Source of the DNA: Octopus vulgaris
Lineage: Eukaryota
NCBI GenBank assembly: GCA_951406725.2
Contig: OX597839.1
Location: 34,844,001-34,908,000, forward strand
Reading direction: 5' to 3'
DNA: 64,000 nt
Positions 25,901 through 39,492 of this stretch are shown here, in pieces. The first letter of the stretch is position 1. Each line of letters begins with the position of its first letter. A program made the translations under genes and the position numbers. The notes under the pieces were generated by a model, which was not told the origin of the DNA, searched no databases, and saw only the letters and a program-made list of their open reading frames with translations.

Positions 25901-26420
25901 AAGTGCCTACTTTAGCACTCCCTGCAAATTAGAAGCAAAACAATTGAATAGTTCTCTCCAATGTACATTTACTCACTCTCCTATGCTTCTTGCTGTTTCC
26001 CCTACGTATGTCGTTGTCTTGTTACTGCATCGTCCCTCTATACATCTTATACTAGAATTTAATCCCCTGTGTTCTTGTTCGGCGTGTTGGTACAGAATCG
26101 ATGAGTTTTTACCTTCCTTGAGTTCTCTCCAATTTTCATTTACCCGCTCTCCTATGCTTCTTGCCGTTTCCCCTACGTATGATAATCTCATCTCTCTGTT
26201 GGAATTTTGCAAGCATCCACAGCATGTTATGGCATAAATTAAATTCTAGGAATTGCAAGAGAAATTTTCTTTCATTTTGAAAAAGTGTGCATCCCATAAT
26301 TTGGAATTGCAAGCCTTCAGTTGATACAGACAGGTGCTGCAGTTTGGTTTACCATATTTTGTAACCATGAGGTTGGATAATCGTTTGAAAACCTTTACCA
26401 AACTTAGAATATTCTTCCAA
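25900..26420 (-). mobile_element. Penelope-like GIY-YIG endonuclease relic with internal duplication
   Basis: YAITCCGC...YVGETARSIGER (YVGETARSIGE occurs twice) and LYQHAEQEH. Confidence 0.75.
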
Positions 26421-27629
26421 AGTCTGTGGTTGCTTTTAGCTTTTACTGATAAGTTGATTTTCTTGTATTTTATTCATTTTAGGGGGGAGGTGGGAATTAT
26501 CAAACAGAATAGGTATGTTGCATTTTTGTATATATTTAGATATTTCCTTATCTCATGGCTTTCGTAATCATGGGCAATATTCGTGTATGCTCCAGCATGG
26601 CCACAGTCTAACGACTGCAACAAGTAAATGATCAAAAGAAACAATAATTGCATTTTGAGTGGATGTGTTCGGTGCGTGATTAATTAAATCTAAATCATCT
26701 CAATTAAATACTTGGATTGTATTTCAAGAAAGGTCTTCGTAAGATGTCCAGAAAATTGCTTGTCTTGTATGTTTCACATGCAACGGCCTGCAATAATCAA
26801 GCTCAGTTTCAAATCCTCTGCAGGCAGTCTTTCCATGGGCTCAGATTTACAGTTGTTTTTACAAGCAGTACTTATGGCTTTTATTTTTGTGAATCTTGGA
26901 TAGACCATAGAATTTGCTGGTTTTCTATCGGAAATTGCTTATATAGTCAAATAATTTGGGTGTCAAACATTTGGGGTATTTATTCAAGAAAGCTACAAGA
27001 TTCATTTTGATTGGTAATATTTACTCTTTTACTTGTTTCAGTCATTTGACTGTGGTCATGCTGGAGTACCACCTTTAGTCGAGGAAATGGACCCCAGGAA
27101 TTATTCTTTGTAAGCCTAGTACTTATTCTATCGGTCTCTTTTGCCGAACTGCTAAGTTACGGGGACGTAAACACACCAGCATCGGTTGTCAAGCAATGTT
27201 GGGAGGACAAACACAGACACACAAACAACATACATATATATACATATATACGACGGGCTTCTTTCAGTTTCCGTCTACCAAATCCACTCACAAGGATTTG
27301 GTCAGCCCAAAGCTATAGTAGAAGACACTTGCCCAAAGTGCCACCTAGTGGGACTGAACCCTGAACCATGTGGTTGTTTAGCAAGCTCCTTACCACACAG
27401 CCACTCCTGCAACTATTGTCTATTTTTTTTCTTTTTTCATAATATTAATCATTTTCAAATTGATTTCATGTTTCGTGACACATTTTAAGCCACTCAGATT
27501 GATCCAGAATATAACTTTCCCAAAATATTTAGTGTTAGTGATTCTTTCAGCTGATCCTTATAACTTAGCAGGCAGTCTACCACACAATCCCTTTGCTTCA
27601 GGGCCACCTAATATATTGGGATAGTTTTC

Positions 27630-28318
27630 AACGAGATCTCTGGAGATATGCTGTGACTGCAAAGACCCGGGCTGCTTCCTGCATCAGTTCCGCATAGCCC
27701 CTGCCCATTCAAAGTACCCCGGATCCCAGAACGTCCCGCTGTGCTTGAGGAGACCTGTTGAGTCAAGTACATGAACATGAACATAAACGTCGAAATAAAT
27801 ATCAATGGAAATTGTAGTTGTGATGCCTGTGCCGGTGGCACATAAAAAGCACCATCCGAACGTGGCCGATGCCAGCGCCGCCCCGACTGGCTTCTGTGCT
27901 GGTGGCACATAAAAAGCACCATCCGAACGTGGCCGATGCCAGCGCCGCCCCGACTGGCTTCTGTGCTGGTGGCACATAAAAAGCACCATCCGAACGTGGC
28001 CGATGCCAGCGCCGCCCCGACTGGCTCCTGTGCCGGTGGCACATAAAAAGACCATCCGAACGTTGCCAGCGCCGCCTTGGCTGGCTTCCGTGCCGCTGGC
28101 ACGTTAAAAGCTCCAACCGATCGTGACCGATGCCGGTTTCCCCCCTGGCACCTGTGCTGGTGGCACGTAAAAAGCACCCACTACACTCACGGAGTGGTTG
28201 GCGTTAGGATCAGACTGGAGCCTGGAGCAGCCCCTGGCTTCCCAGACCCCAGTCGAACCGTCCAACCCGTGCTAGCGCGGAAAACGGACGTTAAACGATG
28301 ATGATGATGATGATGATG
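27630..28318 (+). mobile_element. RTE-like non-autonomous element with a 67-bp internal tandem array
   Basis: GGTGGCACAT recurs at 27834, 27901, 27968 and 28035; (TGA)n tail; absent from the duplicate segment near 23400. Confidence 0.85.
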
Positions 28319-28656
28319 AATATTGTCCAAGCTTTAAAAACCAAAAACACAGAACTTTTTGTTTTATCAACCTTCGCCACATCCTTCTCCATAATCACAA
28401 GAAGTTGAAGTAGCATGAATTATAAAACCTGAAGTAGTCATTGGCTGAAAATATCAAGTGATCCTGTTTGTCGCTTCTTTATATATTATTCCAGTTTATA
28501 AAACAGCTGAACAGAAGAACGCAGAGAGATTAAACGGAATTTGTCTCTCAGAACATTTGATATAGAAATTCTTATCTGCTTTGCAAGAGATCTGACAAAA
28601 AGACAAGGGGAAAATCACCATTTCTGAAGACTGACCAGTTCCTTCCATCTCCTACC

Positions 28657-28711
28657 ATGATGCTTCTTCTATATTGGAGTATTTTAGTCATAATATTCCC
28701 TCAGTTAATAA
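28657..28711 (+). CDS. Secreted PLAT-like repeat protein, exon 1 (signal peptide MMLLLYWSILVIIFPQLI)
   Basis: Kozak-like CCTACCATG, hydrophobic stretch, GTAAGT donor at 28712 (phase 1), in frame with the next exon. Confidence 0.75.
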
Positions 28712-30814
28712 GTAAGTTCTCTTTATTATTTATTTGTGCAATCATTGTGGTTGGCTGTGGATGATTAAAATCTTTCTTTCCTTCATCTGTGTTTCCCATT
28801 CAGTTGCAACTGCATTAGTATCTTGAACAAGAACCTCAACTCAACTAAATTTTCACACTTTACCATTCAAACTAGCCATCCAATACATATATATATATAT
28901 ACACCAACTGGCCATGTCCAGACTCTCACACCCACCATGCAATGCCATTCTAAATCTAAACAATCACATCTTGAAATCTTGAAGCTACAAGAGAATGAAT
29001 AATTAATTCAAGGCAACGTGAATAAACAAGGATTACATTTGATAGAATAGTCCGAATGCTAAAGAGTTAAAGAGTGGAATTTGGTAGGTGGCGCTTCTGT
29101 GGTCGTTTCATTGTAGAGTCCATTTCTGTCCCTGGTCTTGGGTGGTCAACTTCATCTATCACTTGTTTCAACCTTTTTCACACCAAACTACCTGAGACTG
29201 TCTCTGGTTGTTTGATATAAACTTCTTTGTTTGATATAAACTTCTTTGTTTGATATAAACTTCTAAATCAAAACCTTCTGTCAAAATTTCATATTAATTT
29301 CATTTCCAAACACTAGTTTAATAATGATAAAAGTTATTTTACTAAATTCTTCCTTATTTCCAAACATTTATTGAAGCAAAGATAATCTGTTTCAACAGAT
29401 ATATTCCAACAAAAATGTTAAGATGAGCTGAATTAAGGCATCATCATCATCGTCATCATTTTTCATCTGTTTTCCATACGAGCATGGGGAGGATGGTTTG
29501 ACAGGATTCGGTGAGCCACAGGGCCACATCCATCCCTCATGGCAGATTTGGCATGGTTTCTATGACTGGATGCTCTTCCATCAAAATTTCCTGGTAAATC
29601 ATATATTCCAATCTCCAGTATTGATAATGACTATATTCTTCATTATTTTCAAAACTAATTGACAATCGCAATGTTTTCCAGCAGAAATATTCTAAGAAAT
29701 GGTTCAATGCTATCACCTGACTCTTGAAGAATTTTTGCACAATTCCCTCTGCTGCAATCAATCCTTTCAACTTTGTCTTCCTGTCTGAAGACAACTCATT
29801 TGCATCATTCTTGGGGACTTGGAATATTTTTGGCCAAAACTAAAAATCTTACTCTCAATCCCAATTACCTTGATAAACTCCCTTTTAAATTTATTGATCT
29901 GAAATCAATTTAATTTTATAAAAACAAATCAATAATATATTATTTCTTGATTATTATCTCTCCAGTGTTAAGGCACATGACCTAGTTGCCAGGAAACTGG
30001 GTTCACAATCATAAGTTCATGGGTTCAATTCTTGGGGGTTGGGGGGGAGACATTGTGTCCTTGAGCAAGGTGCTTCATTTCATGTCACTCCAATCTACTT
30101 GGCTGAAAACAAGTACCAACCTAATGCTAGTACTTTAATTTTATCAGCTGAGTACACTGGGGTTTAGTGTTGGTACAGCCCTTTTTCCTTCCAGCAAGGC
30201 TGTGTTGTGTGTGTGTGTAAGAAATAAAACCACCTAAAATCATTTTTGGTGTTCATATTAATCTGTCAAATGTAATGCTTAATTTGCTCACCTTATTCAG
30301 GTTCCAGAGGAGTGTCCACAATATTTGCTTGCAACTTTGTGTGTCTGTGTTTGGTCCCCTAACATCGCTTGACAACCGATGCTGGTGTGTTTACGTCCCC
30401 GTAACTTAGCAGTTCAGCTTAAGAGACTGATAGAATAAGTACTAGGCTTACAAAGAATAACTCCTGGGGCCGATTTGCTCGACTAAAGGTGGTGCTCCAG
30501 CATGACCACAGTCAAATGACTGAAACAAGTAAAAGAGTAAAGAGTAAGATTTATTTGGAAATTTTGTCAGTGGGTGCTTTATATACCACTGGTTTATAGT
30601 TAAGTAATTTTAGCTGAACTTGCTGAGTTAATTTGACTTTTATGGGCAGGTAAATTTAATTAACAGGTGTAAAAGCAACAACGTTATTTTTCCTGCGCTC
30701 TTCTTGCTTATTTTTATATTTTTCTATTTATTATCAGTATTGCTTAATATGTTTTGTTAAAATTGCTGTTTCTTTTCAGATATCATCAGAAAAAGGTAAT
30801 TAAAAGTCATTAAA

Positions 30815-31895
30815 ATGACAGATCTATCAGACTTTCAAGGAGGTCAAATTGTTGGTACTCGTATGGCAGGCACCAACGTAGCGAAAACAGCCAAAATGTT
30901 TGGTGTATCAAGAATTACTGTCTCAAAAGTAATGACTGCCTTTGAGAAAGTGGAAAAAAGCTTTCTTGTCAAAACAAAGTCTGGAAGAAAACCAAAACTT
31001 TCAGATAGGGACCACCAGAATCTTATACGAATTGTTAGAAAGGATCACAAAAGTACAGCTCCTAAAATTACTAAAGAGCTTAATGACCACCTCCAGAACC
31101 CAGTTTCCACAAAAACTGTTCGCTGGGAGCTGCACAAAGCTGGATTTCATGGGAGGGCTGCAAGCAGAAAACAACTTCTTTCAAAAACAAAAGTTGCAAA
31201 GCAATTAGAATGAAGTAAAAACCTACAGAATTGGTCCCTAGAGCAGTAGAAGAATGTTATTTTCTTAGATGAACTATCCTTTACCTTATTTCTGACCACC
31301 AGCTGAGTATACGTGTGGAGACAGCCTCAAGAATCATTTGACCCAGACTGCCTTCTTCCAACTGATAAGCATGGAGGAGGATCTGTGACGATCTGGGGAG
31401 CTATATCTTGGAAATCTGCCGGCCAAATGGTTTCCCTTTGTGGCAGAATTAATAGTCAAGACTATTTATGCATTTTATCTGATCAAATTCATCCTATGGT
31501 TGTGGAACTGTTTCCCTCCAGAAACAATATTTCAGGATGATAATGCACCAATTCACACAGCTAAAGTTGTTACTGAATGGCACGAGGAACATTCTAGTGA
31601 AGTTGAACATCTTATCTGGCCACCACAGTCCCCAGATCTCAATATTACTGAACATTTATGGTGCATTTTAGAAAAACATGTACAGAGTCGATATCTTCCA
31701 TCATCATTATTACAAGAACTGGAGACTGTTTTAGCTGAAGAATGGACAAAAATTCCTTTGGAAATAATTCAAACTTTGTACAGGTCCATACCTCAAAGAA
31801 ATTTATGCTGTAATTACTGCCAAAGGCAGTCCTATCCTATATTAAAATAAATTTGCCTGAAATTTTAAGGTATTTCCATTATTTTGTCCAACCTC
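30815..31895 (+). pseudogene. Tc1 (DD34E) transposase pseudogene in intron 1
   Basis: HTH region with SGRKPKLS, KHGGGSV.IWG, FQDDNAPIH and SPDLNITE across three broken ORFs; right TIR at about 31862-31893. Confidence 0.92.
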
Positions 31896-31911
31896 TACAC
31901 ACACATATATA

Positions 31912-31964
<53 letters not shown>

Positions 31965-32176
31965 AGGAATATTATTCCAAACTTACAGGGAAAAATTCAA
32001 TTTAGAAATACTAGATCAAATTTCACATATATATATATATATATGTATGTATGTGGGTATGTATATTTATATATATGTATATATGTATATATATATATAT
32101 ATATATATACATACATATATATGTATACATACATATATACATTCATACATACATACACACATACATATACATATAT

Positions 32177-32230
<54 letters not shown>

Positions 32231-32310
32231 ATGTATATGTGACCGCATGTGTACCATTGACGATTTTTTTTCCTCCGTCTTCCCTTCTCTGGATCTTTCC
32301 TTTTCCTATG

Positions 32311-32343
32311 TTTCTGACAAAGAGCTCCGCTCGAAACGTAAAG
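32311..32343 (+). ncRNA. Decayed minimal hammerhead motif
   Basis: UUU-CUGACAA-A-GAGC(UCC)GCUC-GAAA-C-GUA-AAG; G8A is consistent with CpG decay. Confidence 0.45.
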
Positions 32344-32441
32344 CCCTCCTTCTTCTCTTCCTTCCTGAGCGTCCACTAATACTATATTTGTTCCATGTCC
32401 TCGCATTGTTGTGTTTTCTCTTTGTGTTTTCATGTTTGGAT

Positions 32442-32497
<56 letters not shown>

Positions 32498-32692
32498 TGG
32501 AAAATTAGTGTAAGGTGCATATATATGCACCTTGCTCTAATTTTTCTTGCATAACTGGGGTGGGTCATGCCCACAGCTTCTGGTTGAAATGAATAATAGA
32601 ATACTGATATAACTATTCACATCGTAAAAGAATTTTCATGCTAAAAAAATTGATAAATCTTTTTTTCCCCCCTTTTTAAAACCATTTTCTAG

Positions 32693-32886
32693 TTACCAAG
32701 GCCACAATGTGGAGTGTAATGCTTCACTTTGATAGGAAATACAAATTTGTACACATTTCTTTGGATAAGGTTAAATATGTGAACATGACAAGTGAGAAGG
32801 AGCAACAAATTTTCAAAACTGAATTTGAATTAGACAATGCAACAAAGCCAAGTTTTGTAGAATCTGATACGGGTAGAATCTATTGG
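32693..32886 (+). CDS. Exon 2 (ITKATMWSVMLHF...GRIYW)
   Basis: Polypyrimidine tract plus AG at 32691-2; open frame; GTAAGT donor; phase 1 to 0. Confidence 0.8.
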
Positions 32887-32934
32887 GTAAGTAAATTGAA
32901 ATATATATGCACACACGCACATCATTTATTACAG

Positions 32935-33108
32935 AAAAAATTTAAAAACACCTACTAATTGTTTCATGCCATAGAGGTGAAATTCATTTGGCAGATTTAT
33001 ATAACATGTTTCAAGGATTACATGGAGACATGTGGCATGTTATATAAAACTGCCAAATTATTGTATCTCTACAGCATGAAACTATTAGAAGCACTTTTTA
33101 AAATTTTG
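32935..33108. mobile_element. Hairpin MITE just downstream of exon 2
   Basis: GTTTCATGC...TTTGGCAGATTTATATAACATG / CATGTTATATAAAACTGCCAAA...GCATGAAAC. Confidence 0.6.
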
Positions 33109-34702
33109 TGAATATTAAATGACATTTATCTGTCACTAAAATAGTTTTTCTATTGATCCTACCTAAAACAAAACAGTAAACTATATGTATATAGCAAAAA
33201 CTAACCATGCTTCTCTCTCTAGACTCATTCTTAAGCTAAAACATTACTCAGTTTTATGCATTATAAAAGAGTGAATTGTTACTCATGCCAAACCATGTAG
33301 CAGTTCTAACAACAAATGCCATCTCTGCATTGCAGAACTCTTTTCCATTATATTGTAGCAATATTGCTATCTTCACTGTTTGAGATTACAAACGTCTTTG
33401 GTTAGTTTAACCTTGTTGTGTCCACTGATCTGATTGGTTAGCATCTAAGCGCGGTCTGTCTCTCTACTTATTTCGCGCACAGCTTTTGGATAGGACTTTT
33501 CATTTGAGCCATTTTAACTCCATAAATAGGCTGATTATTTGATGATTCGCCGTCTTTCGGCTTAAGACCTTTTAAGGTCTTGGTCGGAGACCACACAGAG
33601 CTTACTCAACCATGTTCCAGTTCGAAAGGCAGACGACAGCCAAGCCAACCATACTATGAAGACGCTATTGTAAACCAGCGATAGACATAACGTCATCACC
33701 AGCATCTTCTCCATCTACGAAGACTTCAACTTGTACACAACAAGATAAATACAGATTCAACTCATGCTGTTGGTGTGAAAATCTCACCACGGAAAAACAG
33801 TTGCAGTATATATATCTGAAAGAATATCTATATCAAGAGAAAGATATGCACAACAAGTGATTCAACTAATCTGCACTCCGAGACTCAAATCTTGTTATAG
33901 AACTCATTATCGTGTTCTACATGAACTGGTAAAATAGCTCTAAAGTAACTCCATTTTAACTCAAATTGTTGAGAATTCTCTTATGCTCTGTTGTATTCGC
34001 ATGCACCATATTCTGTACTTCTGTCGCACACACGAACACACAGACACAAATATTATAAGCATGCATTCATGACACAACACTACGCTAATAATCACAAATC
34101 ACTTTGTACTCTGTGAATAAAATCTATCTTCTCTTTATAAAAGTAGAACGGTTTTTGGCGTCCTTTATTCATTTACTTTGGCACGGTATACAAACGAGTC
34201 TTATGGCATTGTTGTTATCATTTTTGTCTCGGGAGACGATGGAGTTGAGCATAAAACAGTCTAGTCCGGCTTTTACATTTCATGTCCTGATACATTTCCT
34301 GCTGTGGCTGTGTAGTCCTATCCTGGACAAACACTCCCTCTGGCAGGTGCTTGGCTGGTTGTAATGTCATAGTTTCTTGTTGACATCTTTTCTTGTCTTT
34401 CCATTTCTCCTCTCTCTCTCTCTCTCTCTGTTACTCCTTTGTATTCCCTTTTTTACGATACGTCGCCAATCTCCACGGTTGCCGGCAGCTGCTTCCCAAC
34501 CAATACCGGATATCTCTCTATTCTCTCCCCTCCTCTTTCTTATCTCCTTTCTTCTCTTTTTCTATCTCCCTCCCTCTCTATTATGGCATATATATAATGT
34601 TATATTATGTTGGGATGCGGCCGTGCGCTGTACAAGAGGAGAAATATGTCACCAAACTCATCACGTACGGTCGTATTCTAACAATATAATGCAGCAACAG
34701 CA

Positions 34703-35072
34703 TTAACCCCTTCGTTACCGTATTTATTTTGAGGTGCTCTGTGTTTCTTTCAATTATTTTAAATATAACAAAGAATTTAGTAAAATAACTTAGCTATCAT
34801 TCAGCTAGTGTTAGGAACATAAATTGTGACTAAGGTTTAGTGGAAGATTTTAATTAAAATCTTTTGTAAACTAGAGAGCCAGAGCTGGTTTCAGCCAGGT
34901 TGGTAACAAAAGGGTTAAGAATTGTTTCTCTATTATATATTTTAACCCTTTTGTTACCCTATTTCTGTTGAGATGCTCTGTGTTTCTTTCAATTGATTTT
35001 AAATATAACAAAGAATTTAGTAAAACAACTTAGTTATCATTAAGCTAGTGTTTGGAATATAAATTGCGACTA
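34703..35072 (-). mobile_element. Two tandem TTAA/CCC (piggyBac-type) MITEs
   Basis: TTAACCC...GGGTTAA; other copies at 45317-45538, 49578-50393, 50652-51133 and 57905-58555. Confidence 0.8.
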
Positions 35073-36839
35073 GTTGCTCACCATGAGCTGTATAGAAATA
35101 AATTATTATTCTTAATGACCACACACTGTCCACATTTTGTTTTCTCTACATGCCACAGACTGCTTGAAGCTTACTAACTTCCTACACTTGGATCTATGAG
35201 CCATGCACTTATATGTCAATATATATATATATCTCAGGTGATTAAGAATATGTGTCTGGGTGAAATCTATAGAAAAACAAGACGAAGACAGGTGTATGAA
35301 CAACAAGCGAGTGTAATAGTTTGACGCTTGGGAAAATGAAAAAGTCTTTTATGTTTCAAGCTTATGCTCTGCAACGGAAAGGAATAAGAGAAAAAGAAAC
35401 AGAGAGAGAATAAAAAAAACTTGTAGATTTCAGTGTTAGGTAGATAAATAGATAGACAGATATATAGATAGATAGACAGACAGATAGATAGATAGATATA
35501 CAGACAGATACGCAGGTAGGCAAGTAGACAGACAGATAGATAGATAGATAGATGGATAGACAGACATACATGCAGACAGACAGACAGCCAGATAGATAGA
35601 TAGACAGGCAGACAGACAGATAGATAGACAAACAGACAGACATATAGATAGACAGATAGATAGATTTCTTTATTTAGCCACACAGGGCTTAACACAGAGG
35701 GAACAATACAATGTAGAATTTCTCTTTTTGGGGACGTGTCACAAATAGATAACAAGGTGACATTTTTTTAACAATTTGAATTCCCAAAAGAGGAAGAACA
35801 TATAACACTGACTAGAGTTATCCATAGAAAGAAAAACCTACGATAAATAACCATGGTAACCTCTGCAAAAGGAAAAAAATTATGAGAGCATTATGTGATG
35901 CATTAGAGTAAGTGGTGCCTTTTTATAGTCTCTGTTGAGTTAAAATCATTTTTGGGTGGGTGGTGTTGAGTGGGGTGGTAATTAGGTTTTTAGGGTCTGT
36001 TGTTATGGAAAGATGTTTTGGAATAATTTTTTATTGATTAAATTTGGGGTTATATTCATCATCATCATCATCATCATCATCGTTTAATGTCCGTTCTCCA
36101 TGCTAGCATGGGTTGGACAGTTTGACCGGGGATCTGGGAAGCCAGAAGGCTGCACCAGGCTCCAGTCTTATCTGGCAATGTTTCTACAGCTGGATGCCCT
36201 TCCTAATGCCAACCACTCCGTGAGTGTAGTGGGTGCTTTTTACGTGCCACCTGCACAGGTGCCAGACGAGGCTGGCAACGGCCACGGTCAGATTGGTGCA
36301 TTTTACGTGCCACCGGCACGGAAGCCAGTCGAGGTGGCACTGGCATCGGCCACGATTCGGATGGTGCTTTTTACGTGCCACCGGCACGGAAGCCAATCGA
36401 GGCGGCGCTGGCATCGGCCACGATTCGGATAGAGAGGCCACGTTTCGGATAGGGCCACGATTCTTCATGCATGAAGAACTTTGGAAACAAGCCTGTAGGT
36501 GTTTCTCTTTTGTTGGGGAGGCACAAGGTGTGAGAGTATTCTTGTTGCTTTTGCTATTATTGGATTTAACCCTTTTGCTTTGGCAATATATAGGTCAAAG
36601 GTACAAAAGTCCAGTATTTAAATCCTTATGAATTGTGTGTGTGTATGTGTGTGTTTGTGTACACTACTGATCTTAAACTGAGAAACAAAGTACTACTTGT
36701 ACACTATAAATGTTTTACCATCATCATAACCACCAACACCATCATCATCATCATCATCCTCATCACCATTATCATCATCATTATTAACCTATTTTAAATA
36801 ATCTGCTGCTCTTAATTTTGTTGATTTATTTTATTTTAG

Positions 36840-36930
36840 GCAACTGTTCAAAATCTTGATCTTCAAGAAAAGTATCATGGCAGTTGCCCTCACACATATT
36901 GTAATAAGACAATGATCACATTGCAGAAAA
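36840..36930 (+). CDS. Exon 3 (ATVQNLDLQEKYHGSCPHTYCNKTMITLQK)
   Basis: TTATTTTAG acceptor, GTAAGC donor, phase 0 to 1, no stops. Confidence 0.8.
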
Positions 36931-38199
36931 GTAAGCTGTTTGCCTTAAGGCTGTTTTTTTATGTTTGTTGTTTTGGCTTGCTTTTTCCTTTGCAACTCAT
37001 TAAGGAATTCTTTTGTTTCACACACACAGACATTGAAGAATAAGGATTATAAGATTAATGTGCTCAACTACAAACATCAGTTTTAGGAGTTCAAACCTTA
37101 TTGCTGCCATTCAATCCCCAGGAAAGACACATTATTCTATTGCTTAGTGGTTCAATTCACAGTTGTGTAGTCAGTAATGAGAAAGACAAACAAGTGCAAC
37201 ATCAATATCTCCAATCAATCACAAATCATGATTTGAAAGTTTCAAGAACTTTTCCAATTAATGTCAACATATGAAAATGGATATAAAAGTAGTATTTTCT
37301 AAAATGGCAAAAGCACTAAAGTTTACTCTGAGTTTAAGACTTTGTATAAATAATTTAAGGGTTCATTTATGAAAAATATTTATTGGAATTTCATTTTTAG
37401 ATGAAGAAAGGAAAAATCTAGAGGAAATTGTTGGAGACTCTTAAGGAGAAGGGGAGATAATTTTAAGACATTGGAATTAATTTAAATGATTATCAAGAAT
37501 CGAAGTCTGGTCATAATTTACAGGCAATAGGAGGGAGCAAAAGATGCATTTTTACAATTTTTTCAGTCTTTGTCTCATATTTAAATTGTAATTTTTTAAA
37601 TACTTTTCAATGAGAAATTATCATAAACTGCTTGTTATCGAAAGTTATAATGCTGACAATAACAACAACAATATCAACAACAGAAATAAACTTTGAAATG
37701 GCAATAAGTAAACAAACAATACAAAATGCCCACTAACCTATGGCATGTAAATTACAAACCGTAAACTTAAGTTCGATTTAAAAGACATTGTCAATGTTTC
37801 GAAATATTTCCATACATGCAATAAAGACAGCTTCTGCACCTGCAGTGTTATGTAATGTCCTGACTTTGAGCATTAAAAAGATTTCATGTAATGTGTTCAA
37901 CTGCTTCTTAACCACAATCACAACAAGAGTAACAACAAATACAACAACACAAGAATAGAAATAATAATGGACAGTGAAATATGAATCTCTTGGTCTCTTT
38001 TGCCAAGCTGCCGAATGATGAGGACGCAAACACACCAGCATTGGTGGTCAAGCGTCTCTATATGGCTCTACACCCACACCACCACAAGTATGAGCTGCCT
38101 CTACCAGAAGGCTCACATAGCTTCCACTACCACACCACAACCACCACAACAGCAATCTCATCCCCATTACTGCATGCACCGAAAGGGAGATGTATTATT

Positions 38200-39100
38200 T
38201 AGTAAATTAACAAACCATCAACTCCTTTCTCTCTACATGGTGGTTTCGGAAGCAATGTTTCGAAGATGCACTGGCCGATCTAATATGTTTACAAACTTGG
38301 GATATGGCTATATTCACACTCCTGGTATATCTCTGATAGGCTCTGGGCCTGAGGATGCTGTTTTTAGCACCATTGCTGATGCAGTCAATATAGCACAAAA
38401 ATCTGGTGGTGTTATCACTATGGTTATCACTTCTGGTTGCCAATGTAGCTGACGGCATTAGGGTGGGTGTGGCCTGTGGTAACATATGGTGTGGGGCTGG
38501 TCATCCCATCAGTGTCGATGATAACTGTTTGGTCATTATCTGTGGTAGTGGTACTCGGAACGCCCGATACCTCGTCTGTGTCACTGGTCCTGGATTGGCC
38601 ATCATCTCTCAGTGTGGTGATTATACTGGTGGTCACTCTGTGTTTATGACAATGGTTTGTCCATCATCTGTGGCGATGGTACTGGGGCCGTGTGTAACGC
38701 CCTCTGTGATGCTGGTCTCGAGCTGGTCATCATCTCTGGGGGCAATTTTACTGGAATGAGATCTGGTTAATCTGCTAATATTGCTGTTGGATGGTAATGC
38801 AGATAGCAGGTCTGGGTATCACTGTAGCTGCATAAATGACTCCTTCAGCCTCACATTGGCCTCCCACTGGACAGTTATTACATAACCTGCAAGAACTACC
38901 TGCCTCCTCCTTTGTATTGTGGGTACTTGTTGAAATGTTTTTTATGTTAGGTGCATCACTAAAGGAGACTTTTAGGTTGCGCCTGTTAAATAATTGCCTG
39001 TATCTATGTGTGTGTGTGAAATGTTTGTCTGTTAATCTAAGGAAAATCCTTCACACATGCTTGCCTAAAACCATTTGGCTGGGAAGCAAACTTCCCCCTA
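38200..39100 (-). mobile_element. Penelope-like relic, inverted paralogue of 46448-47290
   Basis: 38810-39097 is the reverse complement of 46448-46740; encodes IFLRLTDKHF..HRYRQLFNRRNLKVSF. Confidence 0.65.
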
Positions 39101-39286
39101 TACAGTCCCACCTAAATGTAAAAACTGTAATAAACTATGGTGGAATAGCAGAGACCATATTTTCCAGTCATGTTCTTGTAATTTCCTTTTAAACCTTCCT
39201 CCTTATAAAAGTAATTACCATTTTAAGTTAATTAATTTTGAAACTTTGCTGTCACTGATGTCCAATTTTCTCTCTCTCATTTCTAG

Positions 39287-39492
39287 TGGCACGCTGGACT
39301 GTCGAAGCTACACGTAGTGACATACATAATAATAATGATTCTTTTTATATTTCGGAAAATGGTATGAATTTAAATATTAAATTTAAAAGAAATTCCAGAA
39401 CATCAAATGCATCATTCTTTCTTCCAATGGAATTCAATAAAATGCCAGAAATAAGTATTTTCATGCGAAGAAGATTTTTGTTTGATAAAAAG
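39287..39492 (+). CDS. Exon 4 (MARWTVEATRS...FLFDKK)
   Basis: TTTTCTCTCTCTCATTTCTAG acceptor, AAG|GTGAAC donor, phase 1 to 0. Confidence 0.75.

Noticed and set aside
33354-34191. Solo LTR (TG...CA with AATAAA)
   Set aside because: No TSD, second copy or primer-binding site is visible.
37401-37444. Alternative terminal exon (NEERKNLEEIVGDS*) after exon 3
   Set aside because: The acceptor is plausible and phase-compatible, but there is no other support; it could be chance.
38207-38759. Thr-rich mucin-like antisense gene
   Set aside because: Frames are broken and the region is contiguous with a Penelope relic that recurs at 47140-47290.
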